Shown: positions 21,838 to 32,505 of the stretch, piece by piece
How positions within the stretch are numbered: the first letter of the stretch is position 1
How the letters are laid out: the number at the start of each line of letters is the position of its first letter
NCBI GenBank assembly: GCA_965219415.1
Contig: CBDCNP010000002.1
Coordinates: 2,848,001-2,912,000 of the forward strand
Length of the DNA: 64,000 nt
From: Candidatus Marinacidobacterales bacterium
Lineage (GTDB): Bacteria; Acidobacteriota; Vicinamibacteria; Marinacidobacterales; DATDRI01
Reading direction: 5' to 3'
Notes under the pieces: model-generated
Told to the model about the DNA's origin: nothing
Seen by the model: only the letters and a program-made list of their open reading frames with translations
The model's database searches: none
Made by a program: the position numbers and the translations under genes

Positions 21838-22767
21838 TCACTTGCGCGGAACGAACTTCTGGATGCGCATGCCGACACGGACATCGGTCACGTAGACCGC
21901 CCCGGTCTTCGAGACCGCGACGTCGTGGGCCCAAAAGAATTGGCCGTCGTCCTTACCGAAGGAGCCCCACTTGGCGAGAATGTTTCCATTTAGATCGAGC
22001 TTCAGGGCACGATTGCGCTGGGGAGGCTCGTCCTTGAAATCACCACCGTCCGCGATGTATAGGAATCCATCGGGCCCAATCTCTAACCCCCAGGGTCGCC
22101 CCAACTCTTCCGATTTCCACTGACGGAGAAATTTTCCGTTCTCATCGAAGACCTGGATTCGAGAGGCCTGGCGATCGGCGACATAGACGCGGCCCTCGGT
22201 ATCGAGACCGAGGCCGTGCGGCTCGGCGAACTCGCCCGGGGCCTCTCCCTTGCCACCCCATTCGAGTAAGAACTTCCCTTCCTTCGAGAACTTCACGACT
22301 CGCTGGTTCTTGTGTCCGTCGGCAACGTAGACGGTGCCGTTGGGCGTTACGGCCACGTCAGTGGGCTCGTTGAAATGGGTCTCATCCCACGCACCGACAC
22401 CCCGTTCTCCCCAGGTCATCAAGAGCTCGCCTTCGTGGTTGAACTTGAAGACTTGATGAATGCTCTGATCCGTCACCCAGACGTTGTCTTCGCTATCCAC
22501 TGCCAGCCCGTGGGGCACGTCGAAGAGACCGTCTCCCCAAGAAGCCAGGACCTCTCCACTCTTGCTATCCAGGCGGAGAATCGGACGATCGCCACGGTGG
22601 AACACGAAGACATGATCGTGGGAATCAACGGCCACGCCGGGTACCTGTCCCAAAGCGAAGCCTTCGGGAAGCTTGGGCCAGCCATGGACAACCTGGTAGG
22701 TCCCATCGCCGCCACGACCCATCGGCGCGAGGGACAGCAGAGCCGCCATTAAGAATTGTCCGCGCAT
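21838..22767 (-). CDS. NHL-repeat beta-propeller, peptidyl-alpha-hydroxyglycine amidating lyase-like
   Basis: Repeats PHGLAVD, FNEPTDVAV...VYVADG, FAEPHGL...VYVADR; short signal peptide. Confidence 0.85.
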   Translation of the reverse strand: MRGQFLMAALLSLAPMGRGGDGTYQVVHGWPKLPEGFALGQVPGVAVDSHDHVFVFHRGDRPILRLDSKSGEVLASWGDGLFDVPHGLAVDSEDNVWVTDQSIHQVFKFNHEGELLMTWGERGVGAWDETHFNEPTDVAVTPNGTVYVADGHKNQRVVKFSKEGKFLLEWGGKGEAPGEFAEPHGLGLDTEGRVYVADRQASRIQVFDENGKFLRQWKSEELGRPWGLEIGPDGFLYIADGGDFKDEPPQRNRALKLDLNGNILAKWGSFGKDDGQFFWAHDVAVSKTGAVYVTDVRVGMRIQKFVPRK

Positions 22768-22796
22768 ACGGAGTCTTCTATCACGCTTGCGGGGAC

Positions 22797-25251
22797 TTAG
22801 AGAAGCTTGGCGGCCTGGGCGAAGGCGAGAATCTCCCCCGTGGACTGGAATCGTTCCTGCGGCTGCTTAGCAAGACAGTGCATCACCAGCTCCTCCAAGG
22901 GCTCCGGTATCTCGGGTCGAGTCTTCCGCAGGGGGGGACCGGAGAGTAGAGATGATGCATGACCAGATTCCCTTCGGTGAAAGGGGCGTGGCCGACCAGA
23001 ATCTCGTACAAAGAGGCACCCAAAGAGTAGATATCCGACCGAGCGTCGGTCTGCTGGGCTCGGGCTTGCTCCGGTGAGACGTACTTCGGGGTACCGGATA
23101 TCGACATATTTCCATCCACCACTTCGTCGCCGTGGTTGAGCTGCGCGAGCCCAAAATCGACGATCTTGACTCGATTCTCGGTGGTCAGAAGCACGTTGGA
23201 AGGTTTGAGGTCCCGGTGCACAATCCCTCGACGGTGGGCGTGCTCGAGTCCCTGGCAAACCGAAACGAGGAGATGCATCACCTCGGGAATCGCCAGGTGT
23301 TTCTTGCCGCGGAGAATCTTCGCGTAGTTCTCACCTTCCACCAACTCCATACAAATGAAAGGCTGATCGTCTTTGAAGCCGATGTCGAAGACGGTGATGA
23401 TGTTGGGGTAGTTGAGAGCGGCCGCGGCACGCGCTTCGGCCAAGAGCTGGTCGCGGGCGTCGGCACTTCGGGCCAGCTCGGCGGAGAGGACCTTATAGGC
23501 TACCGGCCGTTTCAGCAGGCTGTCGAAAGCGAGATAGACGGCGCCCATGCCCCCCTTGCCAAGCAGTTTCTGCAATTCGTACCGATGGCTGTTGCCGTTG
23601 GTGCCACCGGCCATCGTCGTCTGCTGGTTTTCGAGCTCGATTTCCCTGGACTTCTCGGCGGCGAGCAGGTCGAGCGCCCGTGCGTGACGTTGATCGGCCC
23701 CCTCATAGTTGTACTGCACCGCCATGATCCGGTGCAGGATGTCGGCGGTCTTCTTAAAATCCTCTTGGGCCTCATAAGCCTGCGCCAGGACATCCCAAAG
23801 ATGAAGGTTCTCTGCGCGCACGTCCGCCTGCTGCCCCACTACCCTCTGTAGCTTTTCGATTGCGAGGGAAGTCCACCCGCGGCGAAGGAACAGTTTCGCC
23901 AGATGGGCGGTCGCGTCCGAATAGTGAGTATCGTCCGGCGGCACTTGCTGCAGATAGCCCACCATGTCCTTTTTCAGTTTCGCTTCGGAGGCGGCTTTCG
24001 CGGCTTCGAAGAATCGACCCGCTTCGGCAAAGAACTTGGCCGCTTGCTCGAAGTTACCAAGCTCCATCCGAAGCTCCGCGGCGCGATCGAACTTGTTTGG
24101 CCTTCTCCAAGAAACCCGCCCCACGAGACTTGTCGCCGCCAAGAATCGCGGCGTCGGCGGCAGCAGCAAACGCACCGGCATTCTCATAGCAATCGGCGGC
24201 ACGCCCGTACTGCTGCAGGGTCTCGAAAAGCTCCGCGGCTCGAACGGGGTCACCGGCCTTCAAAAAGCACTCCGCCGCCACCGGTTGATTTCCAAGCGAG
24301 AGCTGATGCTCGCCTTCGAGCGAGGCAGCGGTTCTCGAGTCTCCCACTTCCCCGAACATCTCCGCCGCTTTGTGCATCTGGCCTGATTTCCGGTAGAGCT
24401 CAGCCGCCCGTTTGTGCTCGCCCAACTTTTCCCAGACCGCAGCGGCGAGACCGTATTGGCCACCGCGTTCCATGATAGAGGCGGCCCTTTTTCGTTCGCC
24501 CACCTTCTGAAAACCGCTCGCGGCACGAGCCGAGAGCCGCGCCAGCTCCTGTCGTTGTTTTTCGGAGAGATACCCTTGCGCCCCGGCCGAAACTTCGCCC
24601 AATTGGCGCTCGAAAAGCTCAGCGGCCCTCCGGAAGTCCCCGGCGCTCTCGTAGGCGACACCGGCCTTCAAATAGTAACCACCTCGGCTGTAGAGTTCCC
24701 CGGCGCGTTCGAAGTTCCCGGCCTTGCCGAACATCGCCGCCGCCTCCAAAGCCGAGCCCGCATCGAGGTAGATCTCGGCGGCACGCTCCAACTTCCCCGC
24801 TTCAGCAAACAGACGGGCGGCGCGAACTTTTTCGTTGCCGAGAACGAACCAATCGGCGGCGTAACCCTTACGACCCTTGCGCAAACAGATTTCTCCGCAC
24901 AAGCGGTACTCTTCGCCCTTCTCATAGCAATCGAGCGCTTGATCAAGATCGCCGAGCTCCTCGTAGAGTTGTCCGGCCCCGAACCAATCGCGCGCCCTCG
25001 CCGCTCGGGCCGCCTCGCGGCGAAGCTTGCCGTTCTCGAAACCTTGACCGAAAAGTTTCCCCATCAAATTGGCGGCTAACCCATCGCCTCCAGCCCGAGA
25101 GCGTGCGAGGAACCAACGGACCGCCCACACAATCGCCACCAAAACGAGCACCTTCTGGCCGTACTTCCATCCGAAGTACGGCACGATTTCGCGCCAGTAC
25201 GTCGTCCAGCGGGCCGGCGACCGATGCCCTGTAGACCGTGTAGAGTTCCAC
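22797..25251 (-). CDS. Membrane-anchored TPR/alpha-solenoid Ser/Thr protein kinase (2-3 frameshifts)
   Basis: GKGGMGAVY, VAYK, HRDLKPSN, DFG, GTPKYVSPEQ, SDIYSLG; upstream AAELxExAG repeats in ORF 24054-25526; frame breaks near 24110 and 22935 (G run), possibly 25190. Confidence 0.8.
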
Positions 25252-25417
25252 AAAGACACCAGGAATACAGAATCCGTGCCAGGGGGAATACTCTCCAAAC
25301 TATTGTGCAAATGGGGTTTCACTGAGCCCCCTGAGAGAAGGGTGGGGGTAAAGGCACCCACCGGTGGGCCAAAGAAGTGACGTTTCCTGGAGGAGGGCTG
25401 ATGAGAGCTGGGGGAGG

Positions 25418-26296
25418 CTAATCTAACTGCAGGCGCCTCAGATATTCTCGAAAGGCAGCCCCCAGATCGGGGCGTTTCAAAGCGTACTCTACGCTCGCTT
25501 TGAGGAAGCCTAGCTTGTTTCCACAATCATGACGCTGCCCCTCGAACTCGTACCCGAAGATCGGACGCTCGGAAGCCAGACTTCGCAAACCGTTCGTCAA
25601 CTGGATCTCGCCTCGTTGATCTTTTTCGGTCCGAGCCAAGTGGGAGAATACGTCTGGAGTAAGAATGTAGCGACCGATGATGGCGAGATCCGACGGGGCT
25701 TCATCGGCGGTCGGTTTCTCCACCATGTCACGGACCCGGTAGAGCCGCTCGCCGACTTTTTCGCCGGCGATGACGCCGTAGCTTCCGATTTCCTCGCGAG
25801 GCACCCTCATCACCGCCAGGATCGGCCCTTGCTCTTTTTCGAAGACCTCCAACATCTGCTTAGTGCAAGGCACCTCACTCGCAATGAGATCGTCACCGAG
25901 CAACACGGCGAAAGGTTCTTCCCCAACAAGATGCTCCGCGACCCCCACCGCATGTCCCAGCCCCTGCGCCTCCTTCTGTCTGACGTAGGAAACATGAATT
26001 AGGTCGGAAATGGCTCGAACCGTCGCCAGCTCGGCATCTTTTCCGCGCTCCTCCAAGAACCTCTCCAATTCGAACGAGACGTCGAAATGATCTTCGATGG
26101 CCGACTTGCCGCGGCCGGTTACGATAATGATGTCCTCGATCCCCGCCGCCACCGCCTCCTCCACGACATACTGGATCAGTGGCTTGTCCACCAACGGCAG
26201 CATTTCCTTCGGCTGAGCCTTGGTGGCCGGGAGAAAACGGGTGCCGAGCCCCGCGGCCGGGAGCACAGCTTTACGGAGTCTGGTCGGACGTGTCAT
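25418..26296 (-). CDS. galU: UTP--glucose-1-phosphate uridylyltransferase
   Basis: KAVLPAAGLGTRFLPATKAQPKEMLP, GLGHAV, VEKP, EIQLT. Confidence 0.97.
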   Translation of the reverse strand: MTRPTRLRKAVLPAAGLGTRFLPATKAQPKEMLPLVDKPLIQYVVEEAVAAGIEDIIIVTGRGKSAIEDHFDVSFELERFLEERGKDAELATVRAISDLIHVSYVRQKEAQGLGHAVGVAEHLVGEEPFAVLLGDDLIASEVPCTKQMLEVFEKEQGPILAVMRVPREEIGSYGVIAGEKVGERLYRVRDMVEKPTADEAPSDLAIIGRYILTPDVFSHLARTEKDQRGEIQLTNGLRSLASERPIFGYEFEGQRHDCGNKLGFLKASVEYALKRPDLGAAFREYLRRLQLD

Positions 26297-26425
26297 TTCA
26301 TCATAGGGGAGCAGTGCATCTTACCCCCGATCGCAGGCTAGTGCGACCGTGCAACACGCGGTCCCCACTGCCAAAGCGATCGGGATTAACCGCTCCCGCC
26401 AACGCCGAGAGATCCAAGCGGAGCT

Positions 26426-26454
26426 TTGAATCGGGAACGGGAGGGGGCTAACAT
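26426..26454 (+). promoter_or_regulatory. Putative sigma-70 promoter of serS
   Basis: TTGAAT-17 nt-TAACAT, 7 nt before ATG 26462. Confidence 0.5.
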
Positions 26455-26461
26455 GTCACGG

Positions 26462-27754
26462 ATGTTGGACCTCAACTTCGTGGCCGACAACCTGGATCTG
26501 GTTTCTGCGCACCTCAAGGACCGCGGGCTCTCCGTCGACCTTTCCCAAGTCGCCACGCTTAACGGCGAGCGCAAGAGCCTCCAGACCGAAATCAGCCAGC
26601 TGCGTCACGACCACCAAAAGGAATCGCAACAAATCGGGGCGTTGCTCAAGGAGAAGAAAAAGGACGAAGCGGATGCCCTGCGAAGCCGTTTACGCGAAGC
26701 CTCTAATGTCATCAAAGGCAAAGAGGAACGGCAACGAGAAGTGGAAGAGCTTCTCCGCCAAGTTCTGCTCAACGTACCCAACCTTGCCCATGAGAGTGTC
26801 CCCGTGGGTCCGGATGCCTCGGCCAACGTCGAGGTGCGGCGACATGGCGAGTTGCCACGGTTCGATTCCCCACCGCGGCCGCACTGGGAGATCGGGGCGG
26901 AGCTCGGCATCCTCGACTTCGAAAGGGCGGCCAAGCTGTCGGGAGCCCGCTTCGTGGTCTACCTGGATCTCGGAGCCAAGCTGGAGCGAGCCCTCATCAA
27001 CTTCATGCTTGATCTGCAAACCAAGAGCCACGGCTATCGCGAGGTGCTTCCTCCTATCCTCGTGAACAGCGCCACCCTCGAAGGCACCGGACAGCTTCCT
27101 AAGTTCGAGGAAGATCTCTTTAGGGTTCGAGAGCGCGACCTCTACTTGGTCCCGACCGCCGAAGTGCCGCTTACCAACCTGCATCGAGACGAAGTCCTGG
27201 ACGCCGCTCAACTCCCCATCTATTACACGGCTTACACACCTTGTTTCCGGAGTGAGGCCGGCTCCCATGGAAAGGACGTGCGAGGACTCATTCGCCAGCA
27301 CCAATTCAACAAAGTCGAGCTGGTCAAGCTGACTACCCCTGAGACATCCTACGAAGAGCTCGAGAAGTTAACGGTTGACGCCGAGGAGGTTCTGAAGAGG
27401 CTCGAGCTTCCCTATCGGGTTGTGACACTATCGACGGGAGACATGGGCTTCTCCGCCGCCAAGACCTACGACCTCGATGTATGGCTTCCCGGTCAGGACC
27501 GTTTTCGCGAAATCAGTTCTTGCAGCAACTGCACCGACTTCCAGGCTCGTCGGGCCAAGATACGCTACCGTCCCGACGCGAAGTCCAAGGTCCGATTCGT
27601 ACACACTCTGAACGGCTCCGGTCTCGCAGTGGGAAGAACGCTGGTGGCCATCCTGGAGAACTTTCAGAATCCCGACGGTTCGGTCAGTATCCCCAAGGCA
27701 CTAAGACCTTATCTCGATGGGATCGAGAGGATAACCGCTGCTCGGCCTGCCTAG
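26462..27754 (+). CDS. serS: Serine--tRNA ligase
   Basis: MLD start, [52 protein letters not shown] (alternative start 26453). Confidence 0.98.
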   Translation: MLDLNFVADNLDLVSAHLKDRGLSVDLSQVATLNGERKSLQTEISQLRHDHQKESQQIGALLKEKKKDEADALRSRLREASNVIKGKEERQREVEELLRQVLLNVPNLAHESVPVGPDASANVEVRRHGELPRFDSPPRPHWEIGAELGILDFERAAKLSGARFVVYLDLGAKLERALINFMLDLQTKSHGYREVLPPILVNSATLEGTGQLPKFEEDLFRVRERDLYLVPTAEVPLTNLHRDEVLDAAQLPIYYTAYTPCFRSEAGSHGKDVRGLIRQHQFNKVELVKLTTPETSYEELEKLTVDAEEVLKRLELPYRVVTLSTGDMGFSAAKTYDLDVWLPGQDRFREISSCSNCTDFQARRAKIRYRPDAKSKVRFVHTLNGSGLAVGRTLVAILENFQNPDGSVSIPKALRPYLDGIERITAARPA

Positions 27755-27855
27755 TGCCATTCCCAACTGGATCCGCCTAGAACGTGATTAGCCGAGGTCA
27801 GCGTTGGCGCTGCGAAGTGCCGCCGTCGTACTTGGGGAGATTAGTTGGAGCGGCA

Positions 27856-29157
27856 CTAGGAGGCGGGTTTCGTCGCAACTTTGCGAGGCGTGGGCTTGTC
27901 CGCTAAGCGGAGCTCGGATTTCGACTGGCTCTTGCCCATCCCCTTTTCGGGTCGCCCGAGCAAATAGCCCTGGCCGTGATCGACACCGAGTTGGAGAAGG
28001 GTGTCGAGCTCTTCCTGCCGCTCGATTCCCTCGGCGATGATCGTGGAGCCCATTTTGTCGGCGAAAATCTTGAGGGCCTTCACCATCTCTTGGCGGACAT
28101 AGCTGGCGTCGATATCCCTTACCAGTTCGATGTCGAACTTCAAGTACTTGGGATTCAGATTGGCGATCTTTTCCAGACCGGAATGACCGGCGCCGATGTC
28201 GTCCACCGCAATGGAGATTCCCATCTCGGTGAAGTTGCGCACCGCCTCACCGAATAGGGAATAGTTCTCGATGGCGTACTTCTCGGTGACCTCGAGTACG
28301 ACTTGCTCGGGAGCAATCCCCAATTGTTCAAGCCGGTCCAGGAGACGGGCGCCATGAAATTCGGGGTCGTACATAGAAGACGGGAGGATGTTGATGAATA
28401 GCTTGGTCGGTTCAGCGAGTCCCTGGCCGCTCCGGAGAGCGCGGAGACGACACGCGCGATCGAGCTCGAACACGAGGTCGGCTTCGGCTGCCCCCTCGAA
28501 GAGGTTGAGCGGACTCTGAAACGCCGTCCCCTCCGGACCCCTGGAAAGCGCCTCGTACCCCATCACCTCTTTGTTGTCCATTCTGTAGATCGGCTGAAAG
28601 AGCGTGCTCAAATTGTCATTGAGGATAATCTCGAGTATCTGGGCTCGACTCTTGAACGCCTTCTGCAGTTGCTGATAGCGAACACACTCCCACGCCTCGT
28701 TGACGAGTCGGGTAACCAACCGTTCCGCCATGACCAGTGGATTGTGGAGCACGAGGCTGTAGCCGACCGGCACCTTGAGATCTTGCCGGACGTACGGTGC
28801 AGCCAATTTCGACAATCTTTGGTTGAAGTAGTTCTCGATCCTTGCCGCCGCCTCGAGCTCGGCGATCCGCGCTGGCCCTCCGGTTCGCTTCGGAGAGAGA
28901 AACACGAGAAAGGCGTCGCCTCCCTTGTCGCTGCTCGCCAGCATATCCGTGGCACGAACCTCTCCACCTCGCAGGTCTCGAAAGAGCTGCGTGGCGGCGT
29001 CCAGAACCTTTTCGTAAGCCTTGGAGCCGTAGTCGTGCTCCACCTGGCTCAGTTGTGAGAGATCGATGAGGAGTAATGCCATGCTGCTGTGTCGGACCAG
29101 CAGCAGCAGTATCTCGTCCAGTCGCTCTCGGTATGGGACCCCGTCGGCGTCTATCAT
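27856..29157 (-). CDS. EAL c-di-GMP phosphodiesterase with degenerate GGDEF domain
   Basis: GGDAF in place of GGDEF; FQPI...YEALSR, INI, LEVTE, DDIGAG, K, AEGIE, GQGYLLGRP. Confidence 0.9.
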   Translation of the reverse strand: MIDADGVPYRERLDEILLLLVRHSSMALLLIDLSQLSQVEHDYGSKAYEKVLDAATQLFRDLRGGEVRATDMLASSDKGGDAFLVFLSPKRTGGPARIAELEAAARIENYFNQRLSKLAAPYVRQDLKVPVGYSLVLHNPLVMAERLVTRLVNEAWECVRYQQLQKAFKSRAQILEIILNDNLSTLFQPIYRMDNKEVMGYEALSRGPEGTAFQSPLNLFEGAAEADLVFELDRACRLRALRSGQGLAEPTKLFINILPSSMYDPEFHGARLLDRLEQLGIAPEQVVLEVTEKYAIENYSLFGEAVRNFTEMGISIAVDDIGAGHSGLEKIANLNPKYLKFDIELVRDIDASYVRQEMVKALKIFADKMGSTIIAEGIERQEELDTLLQLGVDHGQGYLLGRPEKGMGKSQSKSELRLADKPTPRKVATKPAS

Positions 29158-29589
29158 GTCAGTTCTAATTGAGTCGGGCGTCCCTCGCTTGGCACAGGAG
29201 AATCCCGTGGCGAGAACGCCTGGCTCCGGTCGACGCGGTACTTTTGCAAAGAAGCATGCTCAGGGGGAGCTAGATTTTCGATAGAACGCTGTGGTGCTCG
29301 ACCTTCTATTCTGCTGTTAAATAACGGGTTATGGGTCAACAACTTGCTCTCCGATCCCGCGCTAGGGGCTTTCACCCTCACCACCCGGGGCGAAAATCCC
29401 CACGCTAGTTTTTTTGTTTCGACGCGAAAGGCACCTCAACTGTTGGCCCAGCCAAATCGCGGGGTTGCCATGATCGAAACTCGCCAGGGGGTTTGACCCG
29501 CGCAGCGTGGCTCACGGGTTGGCGGATGCGGTCGGAGTTGCTACCCATGAAGTGGAGCGGGGTTGATTTTGCCCAGGGTTTCGCCTGGA

Positions 29590-30955
29590 GAGTCAAGCCC
29601 ATTCTTAGTTGAAACTCTCCACGGCTCACGTTTAAGCGACCTTCTTCTTCGATACGGTTGATGTCTTCGCCTCGATCTTCAGTTCCCGCTTGAGAGCTTC
29701 GCGAAGCTTGGGAAGATGGCGGTAGCCCACCACCTTCCTCAAGCGCGGTTCGATGTCTACGAGCGCCGTTGCCAACCAGCGCTGGCGTTGGCTCGAGTTC
29801 TTCCAGTGGTCGACCTTCGCGCAGCGTTCCTCGACGAGAGCATTGACGGACTCAAGGCAGTTCGTCGTCTTGAACGAACGGCCCAGCACCGCGTGCACGC
29901 CGAGTCGATGCAACGTCAGCGTCTCCTCGAGGCCTTCCTCCAGGCTGCCAGCTGCGGATTGGTTCCGCTCTTCTAACTCACCGTGGAGTTGCTCGAGCGC
30001 AGTGAGGGCCTCTTCGTACTCCGGCCTGTTGTAGGCCCACTGGAGCCGCTTGCGCCATGACGCCTGCTCGCCCTTGGACAGGTAGCTCACTACGTTTTCA
30101 CGTTTGTGCCACTGGCAGCGTTGTATCAGGGCCCGCTTACGGAATGCCTTCTTGACTGCCGCTTGGAGACCCTTGCCGCCGTCGATGATCACCAGCAGAC
30201 CCTGGGAGATATCGAGTCCCCGCTCGAGCAGTGAACGCAGGAACGGCGTCAACACCTGCGCGTTCTCCGTGTCCGTCTCCACGAAGCCCAAGAAGCGTTT
30301 TTCCCCGCAAAGCGTGATGGCCAGAGCCACGACCATCGTTGCCTCGGCGAATGTCTTCCCATCCAGAAACAGCGCCACCACATCCTCGCCGGTCAGATCC
30401 CGTTCCTGCATCTCCCGCAGCTTCGCAGCGCTCGCTTGCACGAACCCTCGGGACACCGTTGAGCTCGACAGCCCGATGGCGCCCGGAATCGCTTCCGCTG
30501 CCGCCTCGTAGTTGCGACAAGAGATTCCGTAGAGAACTCGTTTCAGCAGAAGATCATTCACCTCACCGCCGTGGCTCACCGCCTCGTAGCAGCGAAGCGG
30601 AATCTCTCCTCCCTCGATGCTCCGAACCCGTGGCACACGGATCGGTACCCGCTGGCCGCCAAGCCCTACCGTGCCCGGGTTGCTTCCGGGACGGCGACCG
30701 CGCTCCAGCTCGTCCTTGCGAGAGTATCGCTCTCCCGCCAACGCCTTCACTTCGTCGTCGAGCAACTCGTGAACGTGCATTAGACCAAGGGGGACCAACC
30801 AACGGATCATCTCTACCTTGGCGTCCAGCACGAGTTCCCCGTAATCCTCGTGCCTCACCATCTCGACCTCACCCAAACGACGCGACTTCTTGCGTTTCTT
30901 GACCGAACGTAGCAGACTTCCCATCTCGGCTCCTTTCTTCGCGGCTTGATTTTTT
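29590..30955 (-). mobile_element. IS256-family element, upstream end cut by ISL3
   Basis: Transposase plus probable terminal sequence GAGTCAAGCCCATTCTTAGTTGAAA at 29590; no matching end in the ~30 nt before ISL3. Confidence 0.75.
29632..30924 (-). CDS. IS256/Mutator-family DDE transposase
   Basis: RVPRVR, GISCR, FLDGK, IIDGGKGL, QRCQWHK, TTNCLESVN. Confidence 0.92.
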   Translation of the reverse strand: MGSLLRSVKKRKKSRRLGEVEMVRHEDYGELVLDAKVEMIRWLVPLGLMHVHELLDDEVKALAGERYSRKDELERGRRPGSNPGTVGLGGQRVPIRVPRVRSIEGGEIPLRCYEAVSHGGEVNDLLLKRVLYGISCRNYEAAAEAIPGAIGLSSSTVSRGFVQASAAKLREMQERDLTGEDVVALFLDGKTFAEATMVVALAITLCGEKRFLGFVETDTENAQVLTPFLRSLLERGLDISQGLLVIIDGGKGLQAAVKKAFRKRALIQRCQWHKRENVVSYLSKGEQASWRKRLQWAYNRPEYEEALTALEQLHGELEERNQSAAGSLEEGLEETLTLHRLGVHAVLGRSFKTTNCLESVNALVEERCAKVDHWKNSSQRQRWLATALVDIEPRLRKVVGYRHLPKLREALKRELKIEAKTSTVSKKKVA

Positions 30956-32339
30956 GGGTTTACGCGGATTCGTGTGGGTAAGTTCTGACGGAAAAACAGT
31001 GTAACTCATTGTGTGGAAAAGGTATCGAGTACTTCATCAGGTGCTGAAAAGTGGTCCATTTTTAGGATAGGCTAACCGAGTGAAAAATTCCCAGTCGATC
31101 CGCTCGCTGTTTGCGCTGCCAGGTTTCGTGGTTGGTGCCGGATTGAAGGGTCTATTCGGTGACCGATACGCCCGTGTCATCCAGCTCAAGAGGCGAAAAA
31201 AACAGCTGTGTGCTCTTACTGTGGGCAACGGTGCCGGGGGCGCTATGACAAGCAAGTGTGCCGGGTCCGCGACCTGTCGTTGGCAGGCTGGCGGATCTAT
31301 CTGGAATACGAGCGTTGGCGCGTCAACTGTTCTGGGTGCGGCGGTGTGCATGTAGAACACCTAGACTGGCTGGCGAACAACTCGCGCTACACCCAGCGTT
31401 TTGCGACGCATGTGGGCAAGCTGTGCCGGGATATGCCGAACAAGGCGGTGGCCGAGATGGAACGTCTGCACCACGGTACGGTGAAGGCTCTGGATACGCT
31501 CTACATGCAAGAGCAGGTCGACCGGGCGGGGCTACCGGCGCCTCGGGCCATCGGTGTCGATGAGATCTCCATCCGCAAGGGACATAACTATCGCGTCATT
31601 GTCAGCGGCCTGGAGCGGGCGCGTCCCATCTGGGTGGGCGGTGAGGGTCGCAAAGAAACCGACATCGATTTGTTCTTCAAGGCGCTGGGCGGAAAGAAAA
31701 GCGCCCGTATCAAGCTGGCCGCCATGGATATGTGGAAGCCCTTCCGGAACTCGGTGATTCACAACGCGCCTAATGCGCGGATCATCTTCGACAAGTTTCA
31801 TATCATGCGTCATCTGTCAAAGGCCCTCGATGAGGTCCGGCGCGGTGAGTACAAACGCCTCAGCGGCAAGGACCGGTCGTATATCAAGGGGCAGCGTTAC
31901 ACTTTGCTTTCCCGGCGGGAGAACCTGAGCCTAGACGGTCGCCGCGCACTCAAAAAGTTGCTCCAGGCCAACCGGCGCCTGAACACCGCCTATATTTTGA
32001 AGGAGGTCTTCGGGCAACTCTGGGATTACCGCACCGAACGCGGCGCTCGCGCCTTTTTCACTCGTTGGAAAGACAGCCTCAAATGGCAACGCCTGCATCC
32101 GTACCAGAAGTTCGCCGGTATGATTGAGTCCCATTGGGATGGTATCGCCTCCTACTGTCATCCGGAGAACAAAGTCAGTCTCGGCCTAGTTGAAGGGGTC
32201 AACAACAAAATCCGTGTTCTGCAACGACGCGCCTACGGCTATCGCGACGAGGAATATCTCAAGCTGAAGATCGTGGCGGCTTTCCTTCCGCCATTACCCA
32301 GAAATGCAGTTTTCAACCCACACGAATCCGCGTAGACCC
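30956..32339 (+). mobile_element. ISL3-family insertion sequence, complete ends
   Basis: 24-bp terminal inverted repeats GGGTTTACGCGGATTCGTGTGGGT / ACCCACACGAATCCGCGTAGACCC (1 mismatch); no target duplication. Confidence 0.92.
31080..32335 (+). CDS. ISL3 transposase (-1 frameshift at A7, 31196-31202)
   Basis: CSYCG/CSGCG zinc finger, IGVDEISIRKGH, AMDMWKPF, FDKFHI, VEGVNNKIRVLQRRAYG. Confidence 0.92.
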
Positions 32340-32341
32340 AG

Positions 32342-32494
32342 AACTTCATCATTCTAATCATCGTCGAGTTGGACCTGGCCAAGTCCTTCGGCAAGGGGGT
32401 GGGCTTCGCGATTGGGCTCATCCTGCTGGGCCCCATCTTCATCATGATCCTGGGGTTCGGTGACGCGAGGTATCAGGGTCCCGCCGCGGCGTAG
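32342..32494 (+). pseudogene. 3' remnant of a small membrane protein gene (DUF5684-like)
   Basis: Reads NFIILIIVELDLAKSFGKGVGFAIGLILLGPIFIMILGFGDARYQGPAAA* directly after the ISL3 end; 5' part absent. Confidence 0.7.
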
Positions 32495-32505
32495 GGCGCC
32501 CCTGC

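Noticed and set aside
29160-29589. c-di-GMP riboswitch upstream of the EAL gene
   Set aside because: Some hairpins and a GAAA-containing loop are present, but the class I/II consensus could not be matched by eye; an Rfam search is needed
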